From positions 186,710 to 250,709 of the forward strand of contig JAHPZA010000003.1 of assembly GCA_019058445.1 (NCBI GenBank): a stretch of DNA of 64,000 bases, in the 5' to 3' direction. Source of the DNA: Promethearchaeota archaeon. Its GTDB lineage: Archaea; Asgardarchaeota; Lokiarchaeia; Sigyniarchaeales; SOKP01. Shown here one piece after another: positions 42,306 to 52,568 of the stretch. Under the pieces are notes generated by a model. It was given only the letters and a program-made list of their open reading frames with translations. It was not told the DNA's origin and ran no database searches. Within the stretch, counting starts at the first letter, position 1. Each line of letters starts with the position of its first letter. The translations under genes were made by a program, and so were the position numbers.

Positions 42306-43961
42306 TTATAACACCTCCTTAATTTGATCAGATAGCTCAATAGGATCAAAAGGCCTTCCATCATAACGGTTAAGTAAAGTTTCTGATACAATACCAGTTT
42401 TATCTTTGAGTAAGTTTGAAAATTGTCCAGCTTTACTTAATTCAATAGATATTACAGACTCCTTTTTATATCCGTCTAATTCCCATACAGGAAATGGACT
42501 TAAAAATCGTGGCTGTATGACTCTTGCTTCGATATCACCACATTTAAGTGCTTCCAGTACGCTCATAGTAGTCGATCCATAGGTAAATATTAAAGGGCCT
42601 TTCTCACCAAAAATATTTATAGTATTCTTTGTCTTCAAATATTCAATAATTGCTTTATTTTTTTTAGCACGTTTATTATGCATGAGATTTATTGCATCAG
42701 CGTTTTCTGTGGTAATTCCTAATTCATCATGTTCATAACTAGTCCACTTTATTACTTCTTTCGAAGGAGGAAATAATAAAGGAGAAATCCCATCCTCTGT
42801 ATTGAAATATCTTTTAAATTCTCCTCCAGAATGCATTTTAGGTTCAGCCCAACTAGTCTTATCAAGATTTATATCTACCGTCATTTCACTCTCAGATAAA
42901 TGTTTTTCAGTTAATATTATACCAGGTGTTTGAAATCTCCAAACTAATTCAAGCATCTCAGCGGTTAAATAATATGCCTCTTCTATAGTACTTGGGCTTG
43001 CCACAATTCTCAAAAATTCTCCATGACCTGCGTTAAGAGCAAAATTAAGATCACCTTGTTCTGTATATGTCGGAACTCCTGTTGCCGGACCTGATCTCAT
43101 AGACAAGGCACATAAAATTGGCGCCTCTGCCATTCCCGCTAACGAGAAGCCTTCTTCCATAAGAGCGAATCCGCCGCCACTAGAACCAACCATGGTTTTT
43201 GCGCCAGCAAATGTGGAACCAATGGCCATGTTTATTACAGCAATCTCATTTTCAGGATGGATCACAGTTAAACCATAATTATCTGATTGAGCAGCCATAA
43301 AATGTAAAATAGAAGATGCTGGCGTCATCGGGTAGCCAAAATACACATCAAGACCTGCAGCTATTGCGCCTAAGGAAATTGCTTGGTTTCCTGAAATTAT
43401 TGGTCTTAATTTATCACCTTCTTTTAATTGAAATTTATTTCCTATCTCTGGATATACTATATCATATATTTTTGTAGCATAAGATATATTTTCTTCTTTA
43501 CCCGAAGGATATTCCCTTCCAATAATTACATTCATTTTTTCTTTAGTAAATCCTATCGCTGCTGCTAAAATAGAGACTCCTCCTACTCCAAGCATTAAAC
43601 GAGGTTTGGGATAATTTTTTGCTACGCTAGTTAGAGGAACACCCACACCTTCCATATCTCCCTCTACATCAGAATTATAAACCATAATTCCATTTTCTGC
43701 GAGATGATTTTTATGGGTATCGTAGCTTCTTTTATCAAGGTTCACAATCAAGTTTGCTTTCATATAATGGTTGCTGATCCATCTATTGGATGTGCTTACC
43801 ACAGAAAAATTATGTCCGCCTCGTATTAAACTCATATAATCAACATATTGAAAGACATGGAGTCCCTTACTAGTAAAAAACTGAGCTGCAACTGAGCCGG
43901 TTTTCTTTGCCCCTTCGCCGGCCTTTCCACCCACTAAAAAAGTAAATGCGTCATTAACCAT
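42306..43961 (-). CDS. korA: 2-oxoacid:ferredoxin oxidoreductase alpha subunit (gamma-alpha fusion)
   Basis: GGKAGEG, IRGGHN, GYPMTPAS, ENEIA, RSGPATGVPT. Confidence 0.93.
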   Translation of the reverse strand: MVNDAFTFLVGGKAGEGAKKTGSVAAQFFTSKGLHVFQYVDYMSLIRGGHNFSVVSTSNRWISNHYMKANLIVNLDKRSYDTHKNHLAENGIMVYNSDVEGDMEGVGVPLTSVAKNYPKPRLMLGVGGVSILAAAIGFTKEKMNVIIGREYPSGKEENISYATKIYDIVYPEIGNKFQLKEGDKLRPIISGNQAISLGAIAAGLDVYFGYPMTPASSILHFMAAQSDNYGLTVIHPENEIAVINMAIGSTFAGAKTMVGSSGGGFALMEEGFSLAGMAEAPILCALSMRSGPATGVPTYTEQGDLNFALNAGHGEFLRIVASPSTIEEAYYLTAEMLELVWRFQTPGIILTEKHLSESEMTVDINLDKTSWAEPKMHSGGEFKRYFNTEDGISPLLFPPSKEVIKWTSYEHDELGITTENADAINLMHNKRAKKNKAIIEYLKTKNTINIFGEKGPLIFTYGSTTMSVLEALKCGDIEARVIQPRFLSPFPVWELDGYKKESVISIELSKAGQFSNLLKDKTGIVSETLLNRYDGRPFDPIELSDQIKEVL

Positions 43962-44216
43962 ATAATTAAAAACCTACAGTTTAGTGTAATTTGTGAAATT
44001 CTTATATTAAATTTGTTATAAAGAATTCTAATTAGCAGATATATAAATTTGAGCCTTATAATTCCAAAATTGACTTCTCAAATAGTCTCCTCTACTAAAA
44101 AATAAGACTTTTATAAAACAATAGATTTTCATTATTAATTTTACACAAGATTTATTTCAAGTAAAGAAAATAATAAATTAATTTTAATCAAAATTAATTA
44201 CTGAAATAGAAAAGTC

Positions 44217-44645
44217 ATGACTGAAAGTAAAGAGTTCAACCCATTCATCCTAGGAATATGCTGTAATTGGTGTACTTATGCTGGTGCTGATCAAGCAGGC
44301 ACATCTCGTATGCAAAGACCAGCTAATTTAAGGATAATGCGAGTTATGTGTGGAGGTCGAGTGGAACCTCAATTTGTCTTAGATGCTCTTATGAATGGAG
44401 CAGACGGCGTGTTAGTTTCGCATTGTCATCCTGGAGATTGTCATTATGTAGAAGGTAATTTTAAAACGATTAGAAAGCTTCCAATGCTGCATCTTTACTT
44501 AAAACAATTTGGAATTAATCCTAAAAGAGTTAAATACACTTTTGTCTCCGCATCTGAGGGGGCAGAATTAACAGAAATTGTAGAAGAATTTGTTAAAGAG
44601 TTAAAAGAATTAGGACCTAATCCAATTAAAAAGGAGGGAAAATAA
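44217..44645 (+). CDS. mvhD: MvhD [2Fe-2S] subunit (Cys form)
   Basis: CCNWCTYAGAD, RVMCGGRV, CHPGDCHY. Confidence 0.95.
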   Translation: MTESKEFNPFILGICCNWCTYAGADQAGTSRMQRPANLRIMRVMCGGRVEPQFVLDALMNGADGVLVSHCHPGDCHYVEGNFKTIRKLPMLHLYLKQFGINPKRVKYTFVSASEGAELTEIVEEFVKELKELGPNPIKKEGK

Positions 44646-44647
44646 AG

Positions 44648-44908
44648 ATGCCCCAAATTTATCAATTAAAGATTAATCATAACACATGTACGGGCTGTAA
44701 TGCCTGCGTAGTTAGTTGTCCTATTAATTTTAATCAATTACGTAAGCATAGTTATCTAACTAAAGAAAATGCTGTAATTTTAGTTAAAAATGGTTTAGCT
44801 ACGCCTATTTATTCTGAGGAACGAGAAATAAATTGCGATGGGTGTGGAGTATGTGTACAGACATGCCCTCAAGTGGCAATTAAAATTATATGTGTAGAGG
44901 AGGTATAA
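44648..44908 (+). CDS. fwdG: 2x[4Fe-4S] ferredoxin, FwdG-like
   Basis: CTGCNACVVSCPIN and CDGCGVCVQTCP; position in the fwd cluster. Confidence 0.7.
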   Translation: MPQIYQLKINHNTCTGCNACVVSCPINFNQLRKHSYLTKENAVILVKNGLATPIYSEEREINCDGCGVCVQTCPQVAIKIICVEEV

Positions 44909-44912
44909 GAAA

Positions 44913-45623
44913 ATGTCTTTTCCGAAAATTACAAGAAAAATTGATAAGGATCAAGAGGCTGTAAAAGTTCAATTCCTTACAGAAAGTTTAGAACTCATTT
45001 TAGATAAACAAAAATGCGTTGGATGTGGAACTTGTGCGCGAGTGTGTCCAAAAAATGCAATTTCTCGAGGCCCCATCGGAGCTGCCCGAAGATTTCCAAG
45101 TACAGAAGACATTATCCCTCAAGTTTATGATCCTAATAAATGTGTGTTCTGTGGAACCTGTGTTTTTATGTGTCCTTTCAGCGCTCTCACTCTTAAAAAG
45201 GATGGTGAAGTGTTAAACTTAGATGATATCGCTATAATTGCCCAAAAAGTTGTTCCTAAACTTGAGTTTACCGCGAAGAAATTAGATAATGGAAGAATTG
45301 TGAAACAATATGCAACCGCCACAGTAAGCATTGATAATGAAGAATGTGCAGGAGGCTGTTCGACGTGTGCGGAAGTATGCCCAACCGGAGCAATCGCGAT
45401 TGCTAAAAAACCTGAGAAAGGATGGGAATCATCTGTGAAAGTAGAAGTTGTAGATGAAGATAAATGTGTCGCTTGTGGAGCATGTGATAATGCGTGCCCA
45501 ACTGGAGCAGTCAAATTAGAAATCACAGATGTAAAATTTTCAGGAGAGTATAATGAAATCTTTTGGGCCCCATTATTAGAGAGATTAAAAAAATTAAGAT
45601 GGAGTAAATCCAAGGAGGAGTAA
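44913..45623 (+). CDS. fwdF: Polyferredoxin, short FwdF-like (4 clusters)
   Basis: Four CxxCxxCxxxCP motifs; AISRGPIGA. Confidence 0.7.
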   Translation: MSFPKITRKIDKDQEAVKVQFLTESLELILDKQKCVGCGTCARVCPKNAISRGPIGAARRFPSTEDIIPQVYDPNKCVFCGTCVFMCPFSALTLKKDGEVLNLDDIAIIAQKVVPKLEFTAKKLDNGRIVKQYATATVSIDNEECAGGCSTCAEVCPTGAIAIAKKPEKGWESSVKVEVVDEDKCVACGACDNACPTGAVKLEITDVKFSGEYNEIFWAPLLERLKKLRWSKSKEE

Positions 45624-45627
45624 AAAA

Positions 45628-46023
45628 ATGAGCTTAGATGATGTAATATTATTAACTGGACGAACAATTGATCAGGGAGTTGCTCTAGAAGGTGGAAAAA
45701 CCACCATGGAGAATGTACGTGCTGCAGCAATTTGCGCCTTTGATAGTGATGATTTTAAAAAATTAGATACGTTAGTCGGAACTCCCGTCAAGATTATTAC
45801 TGAATATGGAGAAGTGATCGTACATTCAACCATCTCCGAAGAGGGTCCACATCCGGGAATAATATTTATTCCAATGGGACCTTGGGCGAATCAAGTTGTC
45901 AACCCCGATTCTCAATCATGTGGAACTCCCACTTTTAAAGGAATGAAAGCGAAAGTAGAGGTTGTGAAGAGTGGGAAAGTATTAAATGCATTAGATTTAA
46001 TTAACACATTAAAGGAGGCATAA
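45628..46023 (+). CDS. fwdD: Formylmethanofuran dehydrogenase subunit D
   Basis: LTGRTIDQG, FIPMGPWAN, GTPTFKG. Confidence 0.92.
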   Translation: MSLDDVILLTGRTIDQGVALEGGKTTMENVRAAAICAFDSDDFKKLDTLVGTPVKIITEYGEVIVHSTISEEGPHPGIIFIPMGPWANQVVNPDSQSCGTPTFKGMKAKVEVVKSGKVLNALDLINTLKEA

Positions 46024-46026
46024 ATA

Positions 46027-47349
46027 ATGGCAATAAAAAAAATAAAAACTCTATATGACGTAATTTGTCCATTTTGTGGAACATTATGTGATGATGTAGA
46101 AGTTGATATCGCTGAAAATAAGGTTGTTGAGGTTAGAAACGCATGTCAAATAGGAACAAAAAAGTTCTTCTCCTCTAATCCAAGTGAGCATAGATACGAA
46201 ACCCCTATGATTCGAAAAAAGGGTAAATTAGAACCTGCCTCATGGGAAGAAGCAATTGATAAGGCAGCAGATATTTTAACAAAGGCAAAAAGACCATTAT
46301 TATATGGTTTTTCAAGCACAGAGTGTGAAGCTCAAAGTAAAGGAGTAGAATTAGCAGAAATGTTAGGCGGGATTTTGGATAACACGGCTTCAGTGTGCCA
46401 TGGCCCAAGTTTGCTTGCAAAACAGGATGTGGGACAGCCTGGGTCCACATTAGGCGAGTTCAAAAATAGAGCTGATTTAGTTATATTCTGGGGATCTAAC
46501 CCAGTTCATGCTCATCCTAGACATTTAGGTAGATATAGTGAGTTTGTGAGAGGGTACTTTAGAAAAGATGGAAGAAATGACCGCACTATCGTGGTGGTTG
46601 ATCCAAGAAATACCCATACGGCTCAAATTGCTGATTTATATATACAAGTAAAACCAAACGAGGATTATGAATTATTAAATGCAATAAGAGCACTGCTTAG
46701 AGGTGTAGAGCTTGATGTGGAAGAAGTTTCAGGAGTTCCTATGGATCAAATAAAAGAATTAGTTAATACCTTAAAAACCTGTAATTTCGGTGTCATCTTT
46801 TTTGGGATGGGATTAACCCAATCTCTCTCGCATCATCGAAATATTGACGCTGCTATTTGTCTCACTCGGGAATTAAATGATCATACTAAATTTTTAATAA
46901 CCCCAATGCGAGGACATTATAATGTAGCTGGAGCGAACCAAGTATTTTCGTGGAATACTGGTTATGCATATTCTATTGATTTTTCGAAAGGATATCCACG
47001 GTATAATCCGGGAGAATTTTCAGCAGTAGAGGTATTAATAAAAAATCAAATTGATGCGTCACTAATTGTTGCTTCTGATCCCGCAAGTAATTTTCCAGCG
47101 GCCTCAGCAAGAAATTTGTTCAAATATCCTTTGATTGTGATTGATCCTCATGAAACTCCTACGTCGGCAAATGCAGATATTGTTTTACCCGCAGCTATTG
47201 CCGGAATTGAAGCAGAAGGTACCGCATATCGTATGGATAATGTCCCACTTCGGTTAAGAAAAGTAAAAGATGCCCCCGGTGAAAGTATAAGTGATAAGGA
47301 AATATTAGAAAAATTAATTGAAAAAGTAAAAGAAAAACGAGGAGAATAG
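46027..47349 (+). CDS. fwdB: Formylmethanofuran dehydrogenase subunit B (Cys ligand)
   Basis: CPFCGTLCDD, SVCHGPS, HPRHLGRY, MRGHYNV, GTAYRMD. Confidence 0.95.
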   Translation: MAIKKIKTLYDVICPFCGTLCDDVEVDIAENKVVEVRNACQIGTKKFFSSNPSEHRYETPMIRKKGKLEPASWEEAIDKAADILTKAKRPLLYGFSSTECEAQSKGVELAEMLGGILDNTASVCHGPSLLAKQDVGQPGSTLGEFKNRADLVIFWGSNPVHAHPRHLGRYSEFVRGYFRKDGRNDRTIVVVDPRNTHTAQIADLYIQVKPNEDYELLNAIRALLRGVELDVEEVSGVPMDQIKELVNTLKTCNFGVIFFGMGLTQSLSHHRNIDAAICLTRELNDHTKFLITPMRGHYNVAGANQVFSWNTGYAYSIDFSKGYPRYNPGEFSAVEVLIKNQIDASLIVASDPASNFPAASARNLFKYPLIVIDPHETPTSANADIVLPAAIAGIEAEGTAYRMDNVPLRLRKVKDAPGESISDKEILEKLIEKVKEKRGE

Positions 47350-47353
47350 TCAT

Positions 47354-48205
47354 ATGGCTGAAATAAAATTAAAGCTTAAAAAACCATTAGTTTTTCCCTT
47401 AGAAGCAGAATCAATTACACCTGATAATTTTGCGGGAAAATCGAATGATGAGATCAAAAAATTAGTCGCATATTCTGGAAATGAAGAATCTACATTAGGT
47501 CAATTTTTTAATGTATCAGGGAAATCAGGGGAGAAGGATGAATTAAAAATTATTATCGATGGAGATATTTCAAATGTGAAACGGATCGGAGAAAAAATGA
47601 CTGCTGGAGAGATAATAATTAACAGTGATGTTGGCATGCATGTAGGAAACGAAATGTCCGGAGGGAAAATAACTGTTAATGGTAATGCTGACGATTGGGC
47701 TGGAGCGATGATGAAAGGTGGCGAATTAGAAATAAATGGAGATGCAGGAAATTACGTTGGTGCAGCTTATAGAGGATATTGGAAGGGGATGAAAAATGGG
47801 ATAATTAAGGTTAAAGGAAAAGTGGGCGTTGAGTCTATGCTATGGGCAGATGGTTCAGTACCTGCTAAAAGATTTCCGACTCTAATTTGTGGCAGTGCCG
47901 GCTCATTCTTAGGAATTCATAATAATGGAGGCACTATTATCGTTGAAGGTGATATTGACCGTTGCGCTGGAGCGGATCAAATAAAAGGGATGATCGTTGT
48001 TAAAGGAACGGCTCCTAAGATCCTCCCATCATTTAAAAAAATTGGTGAAGTCAAAGAGATTGAATTACTCAACGGAGAAAAGATTACGGGGAAATTTATT
48101 GAATATGCGGGAGATCATTCTGTTAAGAAGAATCATAGCGTAGTGGACAAAAAAACAGGCGAATTAAATAAAGGAGTAAATGGCAGATTATATATTGCCG
48201 CTTAA
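47354..48205 (+). CDS. fwdC: Formylmethanofuran dehydrogenase subunit C
   Basis: GXGXG beta-helix repeats, KRIGEKM, GAAYRGYWKGM. Confidence 0.92.
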   Translation: MAEIKLKLKKPLVFPLEAESITPDNFAGKSNDEIKKLVAYSGNEESTLGQFFNVSGKSGEKDELKIIIDGDISNVKRIGEKMTAGEIIINSDVGMHVGNEMSGGKITVNGNADDWAGAMMKGGELEINGDAGNYVGAAYRGYWKGMKNGIIKVKGKVGVESMLWADGSVPAKRFPTLICGSAGSFLGIHNNGGTIIVEGDIDRCAGADQIKGMIVVKGTAPKILPSFKKIGEVKEIELLNGEKITGKFIEYAGDHSVKKNHSVVDKKTGELNKGVNGRLYIAA

Positions 48206-48302
48206 CATATTTTTTTGATTATTTCTTATTCTTTTTTATTTTCAAGTACATATCATTAATTACTAATAGTATAGAGATTTATATCATAAATAGGGAATCT
48301 TT

Positions 48303-49112
48303 ATGTTTAAACGCCCAGTAAAAATCACAAGGATCAAAAAAGAAGAACGATCTGAAATTAATGATATCGTGCTAATCGAAAGTCCCGTTGATTTAATAAT
48401 TAATTCTGAACCTTTAGTGAATATCATCTGCTTACCGAAAGATTTAAAAGAACTTGCCATAGGTTTTCTATTTTCAATAGGCATTATAAACTCCATTCAA
48501 GATATTAATGAAGTGAGAATTGATGATGTTACAAATCGGGTCTATGTTGATTTAAGTGATTCAATTGATTTCAATATAAAAAATCTTGAGATTAATCCCG
48601 TGGGCCGAGTTGTAGATACATCTTGTGGTATTTCCTCACCATGGAGAGAGACCATTAAAAAAGCATTAGATACTGATAAAGAATTGAGTAAAGCTAGAGA
48701 TGACATAAGAATTCGTTCAGAAGTAATTTTTTCTTCAATTAAACAGATATATAAAGATATGAACCTATATCGGGAAACAGGTGGGTGCCATGGTGCTGCA
48801 ATCTTTAATTTAAATGGAAAGTTATTAAGCCTTAAAGAAGATGTTGGACGTCATAACGCAATAGATAAAGTGCTTGGCGATATGCTTTTGAGCAAAAAAA
48901 GTTTTAAAAATATATTTTTAACCTCCTCGGGAAGATTAACTGGAGATTGTGTGCTGAAAGCTGTAAGAGCTAAAATTCCCATTGTTGCTTCGGTATCTGC
49001 TGCTATTGAGTCCGGTATTCGACTTGCTTTTGCTTACGGGATAACACTTATAGGTTTCGTAAGAGGTTCAAGAATGAATGCGTATACACATACGTATAGA
49101 ATCGTTAATTAA
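48303..49112 (+). CDS. fdhD: Sulfurtransferase FdhD
   Basis: TSCG, TGGCHGAA, EDVGRHNAIDK, SGRLT. Confidence 0.93.
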   Translation: MFKRPVKITRIKKEERSEINDIVLIESPVDLIINSEPLVNIICLPKDLKELAIGFLFSIGIINSIQDINEVRIDDVTNRVYVDLSDSIDFNIKNLEINPVGRVVDTSCGISSPWRETIKKALDTDKELSKARDDIRIRSEVIFSSIKQIYKDMNLYRETGGCHGAAIFNLNGKLLSLKEDVGRHNAIDKVLGDMLLSKKSFKNIFLTSSGRLTGDCVLKAVRAKIPIVASVSAAIESGIRLAFAYGITLIGFVRGSRMNAYTHTYRIVN

Positions 49113-49257
49113 GGCGATTATTATCTAAAATCTAAATTTTTAAATATTCAAAATATCATTAATTTTTTACAAAGATTGGTCTTAATTTCTTTTATTAAAA
49201 ACTATTTTCCTTAAATTTATGAGTAACTAGGGAATATTAGGATTGTGAGTATTTAAT

Positions 49258-49905
49258 TTGAAAGTCGAGAGTAAGTGGATTTTAGTATGTATTTTAGCGG
49301 GAATTCTCATGCTTATAGGCAATTTTAGCGGGTTGCAATTATTTCAATTAATTATTGGATTATATTTTGAATATGGTGTTCCCTATGTGCGAAATGTTGT
49401 AGGTCCTATTCCAACGACTGCATTAACAATTTTTCTTACTGTAATTCTATATATAATGCTTGGAGGAGGTATTTCTGTGATTGTTGGGGCAATCTTTGTC
49501 CTAATCCGTTTGCATAAGTTGGGGAAGTTAATAATTACTCTCGGGACAGGGACAGGATTATTAGGCATTTCTATTTTTATATTAATTGAGACTACTTTCA
49601 TTAATCCTATTGATAATTGGCTGGATTTTGGTTTTTTTATGCTTAGGTTATTAATAGATCTTTATTTTTTGGGTATCATCTTAGCAATAGTAGCTCGTAA
49701 AAAAATGAAACAAATCGGAGAAGAGGAAGACTATACAGGTAAATCTGTTAAAGATTTATTTCCAGAAAAAGAAAAGGAAGAAGAAATAGATCATTTACAA
49801 AAGAAAATTATATGTCCTATATGTAAGTCCGCAAATTCTGATACTGAAAGTCATTGTCGTTATTGTGGAACTGCTTTGAAATATGATTTAGAAAGCAATC
49901 TTTAA
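49258..49905 (+). CDS. 4-TM membrane protein with C-terminal Zn ribbon
   Basis: Hydrophobic helices, GGGISV, CPIC...CRYCG. Confidence 0.75.
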   Translation: MKVESKWILVCILAGILMLIGNFSGLQLFQLIIGLYFEYGVPYVRNVVGPIPTTALTIFLTVILYIMLGGGISVIVGAIFVLIRLHKLGKLIITLGTGTGLLGISIFILIETTFINPIDNWLDFGFFMLRLLIDLYFLGIILAIVARKKMKQIGEEEDYTGKSVKDLFPEKEKEEEIDHLQKKIICPICKSANSDTESHCRYCGTALKYDLESNL

Positions 49906-50068
49906 GTTCTCTTGATCCAATAATTAATTTTTATTATGTTTAGGAAAATTGATAGTTTATAAGCTCAAGATATTTAATTTAATAAAAAAATAATTTATTA
50001 TCAATTTACTTATAAACTATAAATTAATTTTTCAACATTAATTAAATGATAAAAGAAAGGTAATAAAT

Positions 50069-50521
50069 ATGGAAAATAAAGGATCTATAACTGCTTGTAT
50101 CATTGGGGGTGTACTGATGTTTGTGGCTTCAATAGTTGGTTCGGCATTGGCATACCGAATAATAGTAACAGAAGCAACAAAACAATTCCCCGAATATGCA
50201 GCACAACTCGAGCTATTCCTATTAATCTGCATTTTTATTGCAATGGGCGGAGGAATTTCTGTAATATTAGGGAGCATTATCGCATTTAAAGTTGTCCCTA
50301 TTGGTAAATGGATAATAGGCTTAGGGGCAGGAATGGGATTAATAGGCTTTTTGAGTTGGCTTATAACAGGTATATATACAGGCACTATAACCGGAACTGT
50401 AGTGGAGATTTTGATTGGTTTATTATTAGGACCTGCCAGCTATGGTATCATCGGAGTCTTTCTTACAATATGGGCTAGACGTTTTATGAAAAAGAAGAAA
50501 GATAAAGAAATAGAAGAATAA
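50069..50521 (+). CDS. 4-TM membrane protein, paralog of the upstream gene
   Basis: Shares GGGISVIxG and GKxIIxLGxGxGLxG. Confidence 0.75.
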   Translation: MENKGSITACIIGGVLMFVASIVGSALAYRIIVTEATKQFPEYAAQLELFLLICIFIAMGGGISVILGSIIAFKVVPIGKWIIGLGAGMGLIGFLSWLITGIYTGTITGTVVEILIGLLLGPASYGIIGVFLTIWARRFMKKKKDKEIEE

Positions 50522-50632
50522 ATTCAAAACTTAATTACCATAATTTCATTTTTTTTTATTTTCTTGTTTTCAAAGAAAAGTAATAAAAAAAAAAGAAAAA
50601 TAATTAGAAATTAACATATAAGTTCTTGGGAG

Positions 50633-50839
50633 TTATAACCCTCGAACTCGAACTCCAATATAGATTATAAGCCAACTTAAAAAGCAAAGAATAAAACCAG
50701 CTAATAGGATATAATTAGCAGGTACACCAAGAGTAGCTGAAAGTCCATCATAAACTTCCCATATTCCAATAACCATTCCAATTAATAGAACTAAAAATGA
50801 GAACATAATCGTTTTTTTTGTTGGAGGAGAATAAGACAC
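50633..50839 (-). CDS. Small 2-TM protein
   Basis: GTG start, two hydrophobic helices. Confidence 0.6.
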   Translation of the reverse strand: MSYSPPTKKTIMFSFLVLLIGMVIGIWEVYDGLSATLGVPANYILLAGFILCFLSWLIIYIGVRVRGL

Positions 50840-51176
50840 TTTTTAATCATCTCACTTGATTTTTTTATATTATAAAATTCTTAAGATAAAAAACTATTAA
50901 GAAAAAGCAATATAAAAACATTTACACAATTTCTTAAAGGATCAAAAATCTAAGGTTTATCTTATCCAATTTAAGAAATACTATTTTTAGATTTAACTAT
51001 GATAAGAATTAAGCTTAAGATATATCACACTTTTTCTTTTTTGAAATAGTGTTTTTCCTTTCAAAATAGAACTGGTCTAAATACTTATAGATTTAACAAA
51101 TTTTTTAATAAATTCAATATATACCCAAATATCAAAAAATTAAAAATAAAACAAATCAGAATAGTGTAAAAGAATT

Positions 51177-52565
51177 ATGCCGGTACGTGTAGCTTTTATG
51201 CAATTATCTTCATGTTGGGGCTGTCATCAAAGTCTATTAAACGCACATCTCGGATTATTACCCATTTTACCAGAATTAGAAATTGTTTATTGGCCAGCGG
51301 TAGTTGATTTTAAACACGAATCATTAGTAGCGAGACCAGACGGAGACATCGTAGTAGGGTTTATAGAAGGTGTGGCAAGAACAAAGCAAGATACTGAGAA
51401 TGTTAAATTAATGAGAAAAAAATGTAAAGTAATTGTTGCAATAGGCGCATGTGCATGTTATGGTAGTGTTAAAGGGCTAGCCAATCTGTATGATAAAGAA
51501 GAACTTATAAACCGAAAGTTTAAAGAGACCGAGTCTATTACAGATGATGATCCAAAAGAACCTACTGAACATGTTCCTGGAATTGAAGAATTTATTGTAA
51601 ATGTTAAAGATATCATTGATGTAGAGATGTTTATTCCTGGTTGCCCTCCCACAACTGATAATATTATTGCAGCCATTTCTTATTTACTTACTTTAGTTGG
51701 TGAGGGTCCTGATTCTCTTAAGAAAAATAGTACGATATGTGAAACTTGCAATTTATTAAAAAAAGGTTGCTTGTTAGACCAAAATATATTATGCTACGGT
51801 TCAATAACTGCTGCCGGTTGTGAGGAAATGTGTCCAAACAACGGTGAGTTGTGTTATGGATGTTTCAGGCCAACAGCTAAACCACATGAAAAATCTAAAC
51901 AATTAAAAGATATATTAGACAATGTCTTAGCGTTAACTCCAGAACAAGGTGCAAGTTTACAGCATTTTCTAGATCTTTATTTGGGAGCTTCAAATATCAC
52001 GAATTTCTATTTTCGGGGAGATTTAATTCAACGCTTAGGTTATGAACCAGAAAGTTTTGCTACAAAAGAGGTGAATGGAAGATTGATCCTAGATGTAGCA
52101 CCTACCGGGAATGCCATAATGGATGAGATTGTTGGAAGGGCAATGCACCTTTTAAAAGATGATCCATCATTTAAGTTTAGCTCTAAGACCGTTTGTAGCC
52201 ATTGTGAAAGAGATGTTGCTGACAAAGTTCCTACTGAATTAAAGCGAGATTATGAAGGTCTGCCCACAATGGATAAATGCTTTTTAGAGCAAGGATATAT
52301 TTGTTTAGGACCAGTGACTCAAGCAGGATGCGGAACCATATGTCCTAATAAAGCAAATGCTCCCTGCTTAGGATGTTATGGTCCCCCTGTAGGAGTTAAA
52401 GATCAAGGGGCTAAATTTATTAGTGCTCTTGGCTCGCTCTGTGCCAACAGAGAACCAGAAGAAGTTATGAAACTTATTAAAGATCCAGCGGGATTATTTA
52501 ATCGTTTTACTTTAGCCGAAAGCACTTTAGGGCATAAATTTCATGATAAAATGGAGGGTGAGTAA
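51177..52565 (+). CDS. mvhG: Group 3c hydrogenase small subunit (MvhG/VhuG), extended
   Basis: SSCWGCH, GACACYG, PGCPP, and two copies of the distal Cys-rich domain. Confidence 0.92.
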   Translation: MPVRVAFMQLSSCWGCHQSLLNAHLGLLPILPELEIVYWPAVVDFKHESLVARPDGDIVVGFIEGVARTKQDTENVKLMRKKCKVIVAIGACACYGSVKGLANLYDKEELINRKFKETESITDDDPKEPTEHVPGIEEFIVNVKDIIDVEMFIPGCPPTTDNIIAAISYLLTLVGEGPDSLKKNSTICETCNLLKKGCLLDQNILCYGSITAAGCEEMCPNNGELCYGCFRPTAKPHEKSKQLKDILDNVLALTPEQGASLQHFLDLYLGASNITNFYFRGDLIQRLGYEPESFATKEVNGRLILDVAPTGNAIMDEIVGRAMHLLKDDPSFKFSSKTVCSHCERDVADKVPTELKRDYEGLPTMDKCFLEQGYICLGPVTQAGCGTICPNKANAPCLGCYGPPVGVKDQGAKFISALGSLCANREPEEVMKLIKDPAGLFNRFTLAESTLGHKFHDKMEGE

Positions 52566-52568
52566 AAT

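Noticed and set aside
42305-42391. N-terminal extension of korB in the ORF track
   Set aside because: It overlaps korA; an SD and TTG at 42304 give a normal start.
45125-45730. 201-aa minus-strand ORF and similar antisense ORFs (for example 5641-5988, 50038-50385, 60398-60787)
   Set aside because: They are antisense shadows of well-supported genes.
19226-47349. Sec in HdrA, BCP, MvhD or FwdB
   Set aside because: All the relevant positions are Cys codons in uninterrupted ORFs.
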